This document shows, in pieces, positions 10,469-19,133 of a stretch of DNA of 64,000 bases; position 1 is the stretch's first letter, and the number at the start of each line of letters is the position of its first letter. Below the pieces are notes generated by a model that saw only the letters and a list, made by a program, of their open reading frames with translations, was not told where the DNA came from and did not search any database. The position numbers and the translations under genes are program-made. This DNA comes from an uncultured Verrucomicrobiae bacterium (GTDB taxonomy: Bacteria; Verrucomicrobiota; Verrucomicrobiia; Palsa-1439), in assembly GCA_963712025.1 (NCBI GenBank), contig CAVQGJ010000010.1, forward strand, positions 262,886 to 326,885, given 5' to 3'.

Positions 10469-10948
10469 ATGAATGGCAAATACAATATCGATAGAGAACA
10501 TATTCGATCTCTGGCCATCATTTGCCATGCCCTAGACGGTCAGTTCGATTCTCTTTTCAATTCGCCTACCATCTGCGGTTTTCGTGAGTCGATACATACG
10601 ACATATACCCGAACGCTCGCATCGAATTTGTTACATTTGGCCGTTTCGATTCGGGTTGGCAGAGCACATTTGCCTTCTTACAATGAGAAGATTATAGGTC
10701 CTTGCGGATTTCTCGACTGCCAAGTCGATGGTGTAACATCTTCAGAACCGTTTTCAGTGAAAGATGTCTGCGACAAGATAATTCACGCAGATTCTATTGA
10801 GCGCCCGATCGAGGCCGGGGTCAAGAATGGTACTATTACACTTACAGGTAAAAACCATGAGCAACGGTGGACGTTGCATCTCTCACTAGCGATGTTCTGT
10901 GAGTACATCCTCGGATTTCTAGATACTGACGAGAAAATGGGCGCCTAG
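10469..10948 (+). CDS. Orphan hypothetical protein (159 aa) encoded by a conspicuously AT-rich segment
   Basis: Clean ORF; GC is about 40-45% by eye against about 63% flanking. It fills the convergent gap between the M32 gene and manA and overlaps the manA stop by 4 nt. No recognisable motif. Confidence 0.5.
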   Translation: MNGKYNIDREHIRSLAIICHALDGQFDSLFNSPTICGFRESIHTTYTRTLASNLLHLAVSIRVGRAHLPSYNEKIIGPCGFLDCQVDGVTSSEPFSVKDVCDKIIHADSIERPIEAGVKNGTITLTGKNHEQRWTLHLSLAMFCEYILGFLDTDEKMGA

Positions 10949-11940
10949 CCGCTCCGTGGCACGTAAGACTTCAACGCCCGCGTGTTCTCGGCGAGCGGGG
11001 TGAGGGTGTAGAAGCCGAGGGCGGCGGGCAACAACATGAATTCGCCAACGTTGAGGCGGTCTTCCTTGCCGTCGGGGGTGACGAGGCCGAGCGCGCCGGA
11101 GACGCAGGTGAGGATGTGGAACGTCGAGCCATCGCAACGGTCGGGCCAGGCGTTGGCCAGATCGAGGCGGTGCACGTGGAAGTAGTCGCACTCGACCAAC
11201 CGCCAGAGGCCGTTGACGCCTTTGCGCTCCACGGTTGGCCGTTGCTTTTTCGGTTCGTAATCCTTGAAGTCGATGCAGACGAGCGATTCGCGGGTGTGTA
11301 GTTGGCGCGGTTTGCCGTCGAGCCCGACCCGGCCCCAATCGTAGACGCGGTAGGTGGTATCGGAGTTCTGCTGGATTTCGACCAGCACGACGCCCGCGTC
11401 GATGGCGTGAAGCCGGCCGGACGGCACGAAAAACACGTCGCCGGGCAAAACCTGGAACCGGTAAACGTAGTCGATGATGGGCTTGGAATCTTTGACGCCT
11501 TCGAGCGAGCGCATGAAATCGGCGGCGCTGGCGCCCCGGCGCAGTCCGGCCATGAGATGCGCGTCCTGATCGGCCTCAAGCACGTACCACATTTCGGTTT
11601 TCGGTTCGCCTTTGAACTTCGCGGCGAGCGCGGGGGGCGGATGCACCTGCAACGAGAGCCGTTCGCGGGCATCGAGGAGCTTGACGAGGAGCGGGAAACG
11701 AGTGGCCTTCCCGGAATTGGTTCCCAACACCTGTGCGCCGTGGGCTTCGATCTGCTGGCGGAGGGTCTTGCCCTTGTCGGGGCCGTTGGAAACCACGGAT
11801 TGCACCTCATCGCGGTCGCTGATTTCCCACGATTCGCCGACACGTTTGCCCGGCGGCACGGATTTGCCGTAATGTTCGAGGGCATTTCCGCCCCAGACGC
11901 GTTCCTGTAAAACGGGTGTAAATTTGTACGGGTAAAGCAT
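10945..11940 (-). CDS. manA: Class I mannose-6-phosphate isomerase (cupin)
   Basis: MLYPYKFTPVLQERVWGG...ESWEISD...LSLQVHP...YVLEADQDAHL: the type I PMI signature. Confidence 0.85.
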   Translation of the reverse strand: MLYPYKFTPVLQERVWGGNALEHYGKSVPPGKRVGESWEISDRDEVQSVVSNGPDKGKTLRQQIEAHGAQVLGTNSGKATRFPLLVKLLDARERLSLQVHPPPALAAKFKGEPKTEMWYVLEADQDAHLMAGLRRGASAADFMRSLEGVKDSKPIIDYVYRFQVLPGDVFFVPSGRLHAIDAGVVLVEIQQNSDTTYRVYDWGRVGLDGKPRQLHTRESLVCIDFKDYEPKKQRPTVERKGVNGLWRLVECDYFHVHRLDLANAWPDRCDGSTFHILTCVSGALGLVTPDGKEDRLNVGEFMLLPAALGFYTLTPLAENTRALKSYVPRSG

Positions 11941-12060
11941 AGACCCGCTTAAGACCTTTCCTGAGCACGACGAGTTCCCCTCACCTTAATCCTCTCCCCC
12001 AAGGGGAGAGGAGATTCCCCTCTCCCTGTTGGAGGGGAGAGGGTCAGGGTGAGGGTCTCA
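11941..12060. repeat. GC-rich nested palindromic element in the divergent manA/ftsK intergenic region
   Basis: CCTCTCCCC-caa-GGGGAGAGG (perfect 9-bp stem) is followed by CCCTCTCCC...GGGAGAGGG; an outer CCCCTCACC...GGTGAGGG and AGACCC...GGGTCT pair make the whole ~110 bp an imperfect palindrome. Confidence 0.5.
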
Positions 12061-12162
12061 TTAAAATCTTTCAATTGTGCTCGGTCGTATGTTTTGTGCC
12101 TTGCAGTTGGCTACCGTTTTGCTACACTGCGCAACCGCAAGGAGGATTTGCAACATTTTTCT

Positions 12163-14718
12163 ATGGGGAAAGACTCGAAGCACTCGGGTGGCCGTGAGAT
12201 TTGGGCCGTTGTCCTGGTCGTCTTGTCTTTGCTGCTGTTGCTGAGCCTGATTTCGTACAATCCGTACAACGTTGGCCACATTTCCGCCAGCGACCATCGG
12301 CCCGCCGCGAACTTCATTGGACCCGTCGGCGCGTGGATCGCGTTTGTCACGTTCCAGGCGTTCGGCCTCGCCGCGTACGGATTGATGGCGGTGCTGGCGG
12401 TGATCGGGGCAACGCTCCTGCTGGGGAAAGAACTGCCGTGGCGCGGGAAAATCGGCGCGGGCGCGCTGCTGCTCGTTTCGTTGAGTTGCCTGTTGCACGT
12501 GGCGGGCCTGGCGCGCGCGCAGCATGCGTTGAATTTGCCGGACAGCGCCGGCGGTTTCCTCGGTTTGTTCGTCGGCGGTTTCTTCCAACGGGTCGTCGGC
12601 AAGCCCGGGACGATCATCATCTTCAGCGGCTGCTACGTGATCGGCCTCATTTTGCTCATCAACTTCCGCCCGAGCTATTGGGTCGCGTTGACCGTCGGGG
12701 CGGCAACGGATTTCTGGCAGCGAAAGCACAAAGGCAAATCCAAATCGAGCGTCGAGGACGAGCTTCGCGATCAGGAACGCGAACTGACGATCAAGGAATT
12801 CCAGACCGACCGCGAACTGGCGCGTAGCGAGAAGGAAGCCCGCAAGCTGGCGACGGAACGGTCGAATGGCGGCGACGAGCCGGGCCGGGAGCGTCGGCCC
12901 GAGCCGAAGTTCGAGGATTATACCGTGCCGCGTCCCCAGGGCGGCGCGGACAAGAAGAAAGCGGCGGAAGAAGGCGCGCCGTCGCTGGTCGAGAAAATTG
13001 TCGACAAGCTCAAGCCGAAGAAGGACGACGCCACAGGCCCAGCGGAGTCGGAAGCAGGCGCCGCTACGGCGTCACACAAGCCGAGACGCGACAAGCCCGC
13101 CGCGACAGCTGCGACGGTGCTCGGGAGCGTCACCGCCGCCTCCGGCGAGGAATATCGGCTGCCAACGCTCGACTTGCTCGAGCAGCCGCCATTGCCGGGC
13201 AAGCGGGACGTGATGGAGGACTTGAAAGCGAGTGCGCGCGTATTGCGCGAGACGCTACAGGAATTCGGCATCGAGGTGGAGTCCGGCGACGTGACCAAAG
13301 GCCCGACCGTGACGCTGTTCGAGTTGTACCCGGCGGCGGGCGTGCGCGTGGAAAAGATTTCGTCGCTGTCGAACAACGTCGCGATGACGATGCGTGCGGA
13401 GAAGGTGCGCATTCTCGCGCCCGTGCCGGGCAAGGGCACGGTGGGCATCGAAGTGCCGAACTCCTCGCGCACGACGGTGTACCTGCGCGACATGCTGGAC
13501 TCCGACGAGTGGCGCAACTCGGCTTACACGATCCCGATTGCGCTGGGCCGCGACGTGAAAGGTAACCCGATCCTTGGCGATCTCGCGAACATGCCGCATT
13601 TGCTGATCGCGGGCGCGACTGGTTCGGGCAAGACGGTATGCGTCAACGCGATTCTGGCGTCGTTGCTCTATCGATTCACCGCGGAAGACCTGCGCCTCGT
13701 CTTGATCGATCCGAAGATGGTCGAGATGCAGCATTTCAACGCCCTGCCGCATCTGATCGTGCCCGTGGTGACCGAGGCGAAGAAGGTGCCGCTGGCATTG
13801 GGGTGGGTGATCCGCGAAATGGAGAAGCGGTTCCAGATTTTTGCCAAGAGCGGCGTGCGCAATATCGGCGCATTCAACACGCGCCCGAAGAAATCCGCGG
13901 CGCCCGAAGTGGAAACGCCGGTGGAGACGGACGACGAGGAACCAGCTAGGGAGAAACCCGAGTACACGACGAACTCGAAGCCGACCCCCAAAGCGGAGCA
14001 GGAGCTGTTGAAGATCGAAGTGCCGCGGGACTTTGAATTGATCATTCCCGACAAGCTTCCCTACATCGTCGTGGTCTGTGATGAGTTGGCGGATTTGATG
14101 ACGACGGTCGGCAAAGACGTGGAAATGGCGATCTCGCGGCTCACGGCGTTGGGTCGCGCGGCCGGGATTCATTTGGTGATCGCGACGCAACGCCCCAGCG
14201 TCAACGTGGTGACGGGCGTCATCAAGGCCAATATTCCCGCCCGCATCGCGTTTCAGGTGGCGTCGATGCAGGATTCGCGGGTCATCCTCGACAGCCAGGG
14301 CGCGGAGAAATTGCTCGGCAAAGGCGACATGCTCTACGAGCCGGGGTCGGGCAAGGCGGTGCGCGCGCAGGGCGTGCTCGTGCTCGACAAGGAGGTCACG
14401 CGCATCGTGGACTTCATCGGCGCGCATGCCAAACCACGGTTCGAAAAGGAGCTGGAGCAGAAGTTGAAGCGGAACGTCAATTTGCCCGATGGCGAGCCGA
14501 GCGAAGAGGACGAAGAATTGGTCGAGCAATGCATCGAGGTGATCCGCCAGACCAACCGCGCCAGCGTCTCGGTCTTGCAACGCCGGTTGCGCATCGGCTA
14601 CACGCGGGCGGCTCGGATTATGGATCTATTGGAAGAACGCGGGGTCGTCGGCCCGAACAAGGGCGCCGAGCCCCGCGAAATTCTGATGGACCTGGACGAC
14701 AAGATTCCGGCAGAATAG
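12163..14718 (+). CDS. ftsK: DNA translocase FtsK/SpoIIIE. The ORF is open from 12049; the likely start is ATG 12163, preceded by GGAGGA.
   Basis: N-terminal TM helices, Pro/Ala/Glu-rich linker, Walker A LLIAGATGSGKTV, VVVCDELADLM, and the C-terminal gamma winged helix VSVLQRRLRIGYTRAARIMDLLEERGVV. Confidence 0.92.
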   Translation: MGKDSKHSGGREIWAVVLVVLSLLLLLSLISYNPYNVGHISASDHRPAANFIGPVGAWIAFVTFQAFGLAAYGLMAVLAVIGATLLLGKELPWRGKIGAGALLLVSLSCLLHVAGLARAQHALNLPDSAGGFLGLFVGGFFQRVVGKPGTIIIFSGCYVIGLILLINFRPSYWVALTVGAATDFWQRKHKGKSKSSVEDELRDQERELTIKEFQTDRELARSEKEARKLATERSNGGDEPGRERRPEPKFEDYTVPRPQGGADKKKAAEEGAPSLVEKIVDKLKPKKDDATGPAESEAGAATASHKPRRDKPAATAATVLGSVTAASGEEYRLPTLDLLEQPPLPGKRDVMEDLKASARVLRETLQEFGIEVESGDVTKGPTVTLFELYPAAGVRVEKISSLSNNVAMTMRAEKVRILAPVPGKGTVGIEVPNSSRTTVYLRDMLDSDEWRNSAYTIPIALGRDVKGNPILGDLANMPHLLIAGATGSGKTVCVNAILASLLYRFTAEDLRLVLIDPKMVEMQHFNALPHLIVPVVTEAKKVPLALGWVIREMEKRFQIFAKSGVRNIGAFNTRPKKSAAPEVETPVETDDEEPAREKPEYTTNSKPTPKAEQELLKIEVPRDFELIIPDKLPYIVVVCDELADLMTTVGKDVEMAISRLTALGRAAGIHLVIATQRPSVNVVTGVIKANIPARIAFQVASMQDSRVILDSQGAEKLLGKGDMLYEPGSGKAVRAQGVLVLDKEVTRIVDFIGAHAKPRFEKELEQKLKRNVNLPDGEPSEEDEELVEQCIEVIRQTNRASVSVLQRRLRIGYTRAARIMDLLEERGVVGPNKGAEPREILMDLDDKIPAE

Positions 14719-14827
14719 TTAAGGCAATTTGGCCGCCCTGTCGGATATCGAGATCCGACCCAATTACCCAGAATAGATAGACGGACGTTTCTAGAGAAAT
14801 GAACGAACCAATTCGCCTTTAGCTGCG

Positions 14828-15124
14828 TCATCTTTCCTCAGGCCTGAGCCAAACAGGATTCTCCTCTTTCCACGCTTCGATCTCGGACATGACTTGTGCA
14901 GCGGCAGCGCATGCGTCGCCGTCTTTCATGCGGAGCATGACTTTTGCAGAATCATCAATCAGATCGGTAAGCTGTTCCTCCACGCCCCACTGCCTCAACT
15001 CCTGTAGTTTCGCCTTTATCTTCGGATAGACAACCGAGGGGTCGTGCTCCGAGAAGACGAGAGGACCCAAAAGCTCCTGGAGCGCATCGAAGATTGGAAT
15101 AGGATTATTCAGTTCGCACCTCAC
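14828..15124 (-). CDS. Hypothetical small protein (98 aa) in a lower-GC islet
   Basis: ORF only. The segment 14720-15480 is about 50% GC; no motif recognised. Confidence 0.35.
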   Translation of the reverse strand: MRCELNNPIPIFDALQELLGPLVFSEHDPSVVYPKIKAKLQELRQWGVEEQLTDLIDDSAKVMLRMKDGDACAAAAQVMSEIEAWKEENPVWLRPEER

Positions 15125-15261
15125 AGAAATCCCACGGTCCCACCGTCATCTCACGAACAAAATGGGGTCGTGTCTATTTACTGTGCAATTGACAGGTGTT
15201 AGATGGGGGTTGGTTCTGTTAAGTTTGTACGGATTTAACGTCACAATACCATAAGGCAGAG

Positions 15262-15477
15262 ATGAAAGCCAATTCCTTTAAGAAGAAGCGCCGTGAACCA
15301 GAAGCATTGAGGGAGCTTCACAAAATCCGCGAACAGATACACAAGGAGGCGGTGGCTGTAGGCATTGCCCGCTATTACGAGGGACTGAATGAGAAATCGG
15401 ACTTGCTGTTGGGCAAGGGCAAGAAAACGCGTCGTGCGGTAGTCCGGGAACGTGGCAGCAGGTACAGGGGTCGTTAG
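15262..15477 (+). CDS. Hypothetical small basic protein (71 aa), divergent from the 14828-15124 ORF
   Basis: Preceded by TAAGGCAGAG as a ribosome-binding site. K/R-rich N- and C-termini (MKANSFKKKRREPEALRELHKIREQIHKE...KGKKTRRAVVRERGSRYRGR) suggest nucleic-acid binding. Confidence 0.4.
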   Translation: MKANSFKKKRREPEALRELHKIREQIHKEAVAVGIARYYEGLNEKSDLLLGKGKKTRRAVVRERGSRYRGR

Positions 15478-16138
15478 CGCCGGAGTCGAGACATGATTCT
15501 TGATGTTTTCACACGCGGAAAAGCTCGTTGCGCTTCCACTCTCCCTCACGCCCACCGCGATACATTTCACTGAAATGTATCCTTCGCAAAAGGGCCAGCA
15601 AAGCGGGAGTCGATTTCATGGAAGGAAAAAAGGGGCGGGAGATTGCGCCTCCGGCGAGCATTCGGCGCGTCTCGTCCGACTCGGCTTTCGGTCGTGGTTG
15701 CGTGCGCGGTCAGGAGACCGGCGCACAACAGGGATTCGCAAGCAGGGACGCTTGCGCCACCAACAACCGGGAGGACGCAGCGACGGAGCCACGCCTGAGG
15801 CGGGCAAGCGCCGCGGCTACAACGGCAAGCGCCAGACCCTTCAGGTTTTTCAAACCAAGCTGGTATGTGGTTGGGGAATATGGTAGGATTGCGCGCGTGA
15901 GAATAGGAGTCAGAGCGCCGGAAGTGGTGGCGTGGCATGGGCCGGGTCGTCGAGATGCCGCTGAGGGGGAGGTTGTCCTCGACGGATTCCCCAAAAAAAT
16001 GCTTTTTCGGAAAACGAACCCAAGTTTGTTCAAGCCGGCGTGGAAAAGTTACCGGAGCAAAGCCAAAAACGAACCCAAGTTGGCGGGGTCGGGAAGTCGA
16101 AAATGGGCTCGACCGGCCGTAATAGACCACCATTACAA

Positions 16139-16192
16139 CCGCGAATGAGATTCGCGGCTACAATGTGAGAGATTTCGTGGATACAATGTGAG
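16139..16192 (+). promoter_or_regulatory. Hairpin (CCGCGAAT-gag-ATTCGCGG, 16139-16157) followed by two TACAATGTGAG boxes (16159-16169 and 16182-16192) directly upstream of the rodZ-like gene
   Basis: Perfect 8-bp inverted repeat, then a tandem 11-bp direct repeat containing the -10-like TACAAT. The second box ends 5 nt before ATG 16197, implying a short or leaderless 5' UTR. Confidence 0.35.
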
Positions 16193-16745
16193 CGATATGG
16201 AATCCATTGGCGAGAACCTGCGCGAGGCGCGGCACAACAAGAAGGTTTCCCTCGAAGACGCGTCGCGTGCGACGAAAATCAAGATCGAGATCCTCGAACA
16301 ACTCGAATCGGACGAATTCGACCGTCTGGCCGCGCCGACGTATACCAAGGGTTTTTTGAGGTTGTATGCGGAGTATCTCGGGCTCGACAGCCAGTCGGTT
16401 GTGGACGCTTATTTGCGGAGCCAGGGCGGACTGCGGCGGCAGGGGTTGCATATGGAGACGGAGAAAGCCATCCGCGCCCGCAAACCGCGCGAACTGCAGT
16501 TGCCGCTGCGGAGCGTGGGGCTGGTCGTGTTCGGTTTGACCGTCGCGGTTTTGATTGTCGTGGTGGGCAGGAGCGTCTTCTCGCGTCACGCCTCACCGAC
16601 CGCGCAAGCGTCGACAACGCCGCAGACGATAACGGCGGCGGCAGCAACAACGCAGCCGGACGTGCCGAAAGCCGATTTCGACGCCTATTACCAACCCAAA
16701 CCGAAGCCCGCGCTGGAGCTTGTGGAGTCTGCTGGAACCAAGTAG
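16188..16745 (+). CDS. RodZ-like HTH (XRE-type) membrane protein; start is GTG 16188 or ATG 16197
   Basis: IGENLREARHNKKVSLEDASRATKIKIEILEQLESDEFDRLAAPTYTKGFLRLYAEYLGLD is the RodZ N-terminal HTH signature. It is followed by a TM helix (VGLVVFGLTVAVLIVVV) and a T/A/Q-rich tail. Confidence 0.6.
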   Translation: MSDMESIGENLREARHNKKVSLEDASRATKIKIEILEQLESDEFDRLAAPTYTKGFLRLYAEYLGLDSQSVVDAYLRSQGGLRRQGLHMETEKAIRARKPRELQLPLRSVGLVVFGLTVAVLIVVVGRSVFSRHASPTAQASTTPQTITAAAATTQPDVPKADFDAYYQPKPKPALELVESAGTK

Positions 16746-16751
16746 TTTGTT

Positions 16752-18149
16752 GTGCCCATGAGTTCCCCGCAAGCTATCAAAGTCGGGTTCGTGAGTCTCG
16801 GCTGCGCGAAAAACCTCGTCGATAGCGAAGTCATGCTCGGCTCGCTATTGCGCGACGGGATGGAGGTGACCCGCGACGCGCAGGAGGCCGACGTTGTCAT
16901 TGTCAACACGTGCGGTTTCATCGAAGGCTCGAAGAAAGAATCCATCGACGCGATTCTCAAGGCGAACGAACTGCGCGAGACGGGGAACTGCAAGGCGTTG
17001 ATCATGGCGGGCTGCCTGACGCAGCGGTACCCGAAAGATTTGCGGAAGGAATTGCCCGAGGTCGATGCGATTGTGGGGCTGAATGAAGTCCCGCGCATCG
17101 GCGAGATTGTGCGGGAGGTGCTCTCCCGGAACGGCCACACCGCGCCCCGGTTGTACTGGTCGGGCCCGGCGAAGTATGTGCCCGATTATTCCGCGCCGCG
17201 ATTCCGGCTGACGCCGAAACACTACGCGTACGTGAAGATCGCCGAGGGCTGCAATCATCCTTGCACGTTCTGCAGCATCCCTCGGATCCGTGGCAAGCAT
17301 CGGAGCCGGGCGGTGACCAACGTTTTAACCGAGATTCGCGACCTCGTCGACTCCGGTACGCGGGAGATTAACCTGATTTCGCAAGACACGACGTTTTACG
17401 GCAAAGACCTCGACCCGCACGCGCCGGGGCCGCGCGATGGCAAGGGGCTGCTGGGCGAATTGCTGCGCGAAATTCAACAGGTGGACGGCGACTTTTGGGT
17501 GCGATTGCTCTACACGCATCCGTACCACTGGACTGATGAGTTGATCGAGACGATTGCCGCCTGCGACAAGGTCTGTCGTTACGTCGACATGCCGCTGCAG
17601 CATATCAACGACGAAATGTTGAAGCGGATGCGGCGGGAGACGAGCGGCGAGTACATTCGCGATCTCGTGTCGCGGATTCGCGCGGGCATACCCGGCATCG
17701 CGTTGCGCACCACCTTCATCGTCGGCTTCCCGGGCGAGACCGAAGAACAGTTCGCGGAACTTCTGGCTTTCGTCCAAGCCGCGAAATTCGAGCGTCTGGG
17801 CGTGTTCCAGTATTCGCAGGAAGATCACACGCCGGCCGGCGATATGTCGGGACAGGTTGCCACTCGGGTGAAGAAGCAGCGATACCGTCGGGCGATGGCC
17901 GCGCAGCAACGGGTGTCTCGCGAGGTGCAGGCCGCGTTTGTGGGAAAGACCTTGCGCGTGCTCGTCGAAGAGCGGAACGAGGACGGTTGGCGGGGGCGTT
18001 CCCATGCCGACGCGCCGGAGATTGACGGCAGCGTGCAGGTGAGGGGAACGCCGCGTGTTGGCGAATTTGCGCGCGTGCGGATTACGGGCGCGAGCGAGTA
18101 CGATCTTACCGGCGAGACATCGCGCGATGCCAGCGCTGGAGATGCTTGA
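16752..18149 (+). CDS. rimO: Ribosomal protein S12 methylthiotransferase
   Basis: MTTase N-domain KVGFVSLGCAKNLVDSE, radical-SAM IAEGCNHPCTFCSIPRIRG, C-terminal TRAM domain (GEFARVRITGASEYDLTGE). Confidence 0.9.
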   Translation: MPMSSPQAIKVGFVSLGCAKNLVDSEVMLGSLLRDGMEVTRDAQEADVVIVNTCGFIEGSKKESIDAILKANELRETGNCKALIMAGCLTQRYPKDLRKELPEVDAIVGLNEVPRIGEIVREVLSRNGHTAPRLYWSGPAKYVPDYSAPRFRLTPKHYAYVKIAEGCNHPCTFCSIPRIRGKHRSRAVTNVLTEIRDLVDSGTREINLISQDTTFYGKDLDPHAPGPRDGKGLLGELLREIQQVDGDFWVRLLYTHPYHWTDELIETIAACDKVCRYVDMPLQHINDEMLKRMRRETSGEYIRDLVSRIRAGIPGIALRTTFIVGFPGETEEQFAELLAFVQAAKFERLGVFQYSQEDHTPAGDMSGQVATRVKKQRYRRAMAAQQRVSREVQAAFVGKTLRVLVEERNEDGWRGRSHADAPEIDGSVQVRGTPRVGEFARVRITGASEYDLTGETSRDASAGDA

Positions 18150-18164
18150 GATTGGGGAGTGTGA

Positions 18165-18647
18165 TCATGGTTGGTGACTCGTTGGATTTCCTTGCAGGAG
18201 TTCAACGGCATGGGGAATGGCGGCGGCGACGAATTCGAGGCATTCGACGGCACCCTTGAGGCTGCCCGGGAGGCAGATGACGAGCGATTTGCCGACGACT
18301 GCGGCCAGGTTGCGCGACAGGATGGCGTGCGGGAAACTCTCGAAACTTTTCAGGCGCATGACCTCGCCGAAGCCGGGCAATTCCTTGGAGGCAATGGCGT
18401 GGACGGCTTCGGGCGTGACATCGCGCTCCGTGACGCCGGTGCCGCCGGTCAGGAGAACCAGCGAACACGAACGGGCCAGTTCCTGCGTTTTATCGCCGAT
18501 GAGAGCTTCTTCGTCGGGAACGACGACTTGTGCTGCGATCTGCCAGCCGCGCTTCTCGCAAAATTGCCTGAGCGCCGGACCGCCTTTGTCCTCGTACTCA
18601 CCGCGGAACACGCGGTCGCTCACCGTGATGATGCCGACGGTAATCAT
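18165..18647 (-). CDS. Molybdopterin adenylyltransferase / MoaB-MogA family; likely start MITVGIITVSDR
   Basis: ITVSDR..GEYEDKGGPAL......LVLLTGGTGVTERDVTPEA...GFGEVMR: the MogA/MoaB fold signature. Confidence 0.8.
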   Translation of the reverse strand: MITVGIITVSDRVFRGEYEDKGGPALRQFCEKRGWQIAAQVVVPDEEALIGDKTQELARSCSLVLLTGGTGVTERDVTPEAVHAIASKELPGFGEVMRLKSFESFPHAILSRNLAAVVGKSLVICLPGSLKGAVECLEFVAAAIPHAVELLQGNPTSHQP

Positions 18648-19105
18648 TTTTTTGTCTTGCTCACGAGTTTGATGTCGCCGATGACCATGGATTTGTCGAC
18701 GGCTTTGCACATGTCGTAGATCGTCAGGGCGGCGACGGTGACGGCGGTGAGGGCTTCCATTTCGACGCCCGTTTGCGCCGCGATCTTGGCGGTGGCGGTG
18801 ATCTCAATCCTGCCCGGCTTTACCAGAAGATCGACGTCCACGTGCGTGAGATTCAAGGGATGACAGAGCGGGATCAGGTCGCTGGTGCGTTTGGCGGCCT
18901 GGATGCCGGCGATGCGGGCAGTCTGGAGGACATCGCCTTTGGCGATCTGGTTTTTGGCGATGAGAGCGAGTGTCTCGCGCTTCAAATAGATCCCGCCGCG
19001 CGCCACGGCTTCGCGAAGCTGGACGGGTTTGGCGGAGACATCGACCATCCGCACCTTGCCGCGTTTATCGATGTGAGTAAGGGATTTCATTTTAAGTTTC
19101 ACCAC
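18644..19105 (-). CDS. moaC: Cyclic pyranopterin monophosphate synthase
   Basis: MVDVSAKPVQLREAVARG..TARIAGIQAAKRTSDLIPLCHPLNLTHVDVDL...EALTAVTVAALTIYDMCKAVDK. Confidence 0.88.
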   Translation of the reverse strand: MVKLKMKSLTHIDKRGKVRMVDVSAKPVQLREAVARGGIYLKRETLALIAKNQIAKGDVLQTARIAGIQAAKRTSDLIPLCHPLNLTHVDVDLLVKPGRIEITATAKIAAQTGVEMEALTAVTVAALTIYDMCKAVDKSMVIGDIKLVSKTKK

Positions 19106-19133
19106 AGAGACACAGAGAGCACAGAGAGAGTAT

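Noticed and set aside
13255-14580. 441-aa minus-strand ORF
   Set aside because: It is antisense to ftsK. The composition (R/H/D/L-rich, no motifs) is typical of a GC-rich shadow ORF.
16011-16081. CRISPR array
   Set aside because: There are only two copies of a 16-bp repeat with a 39-bp spacer and no further repeats or cas genes, so it is not a CRISPR.
15528-16148. 206-aa plus-strand and 188-aa minus-strand ORFs in the ORF-poor region, and a possible SRP-RNA or tmRNA-like motif (GGTCAGGAGACCGG)
   Set aside because: The translations are low-complexity and not protein-like. The RNA resemblance is only a short partial match: there is no GGAAGCAGC SRP helix-8 motif, no tmRNA tag ORF, and no T-loop-like 3' end. 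The region is left as unassigned non-coding.
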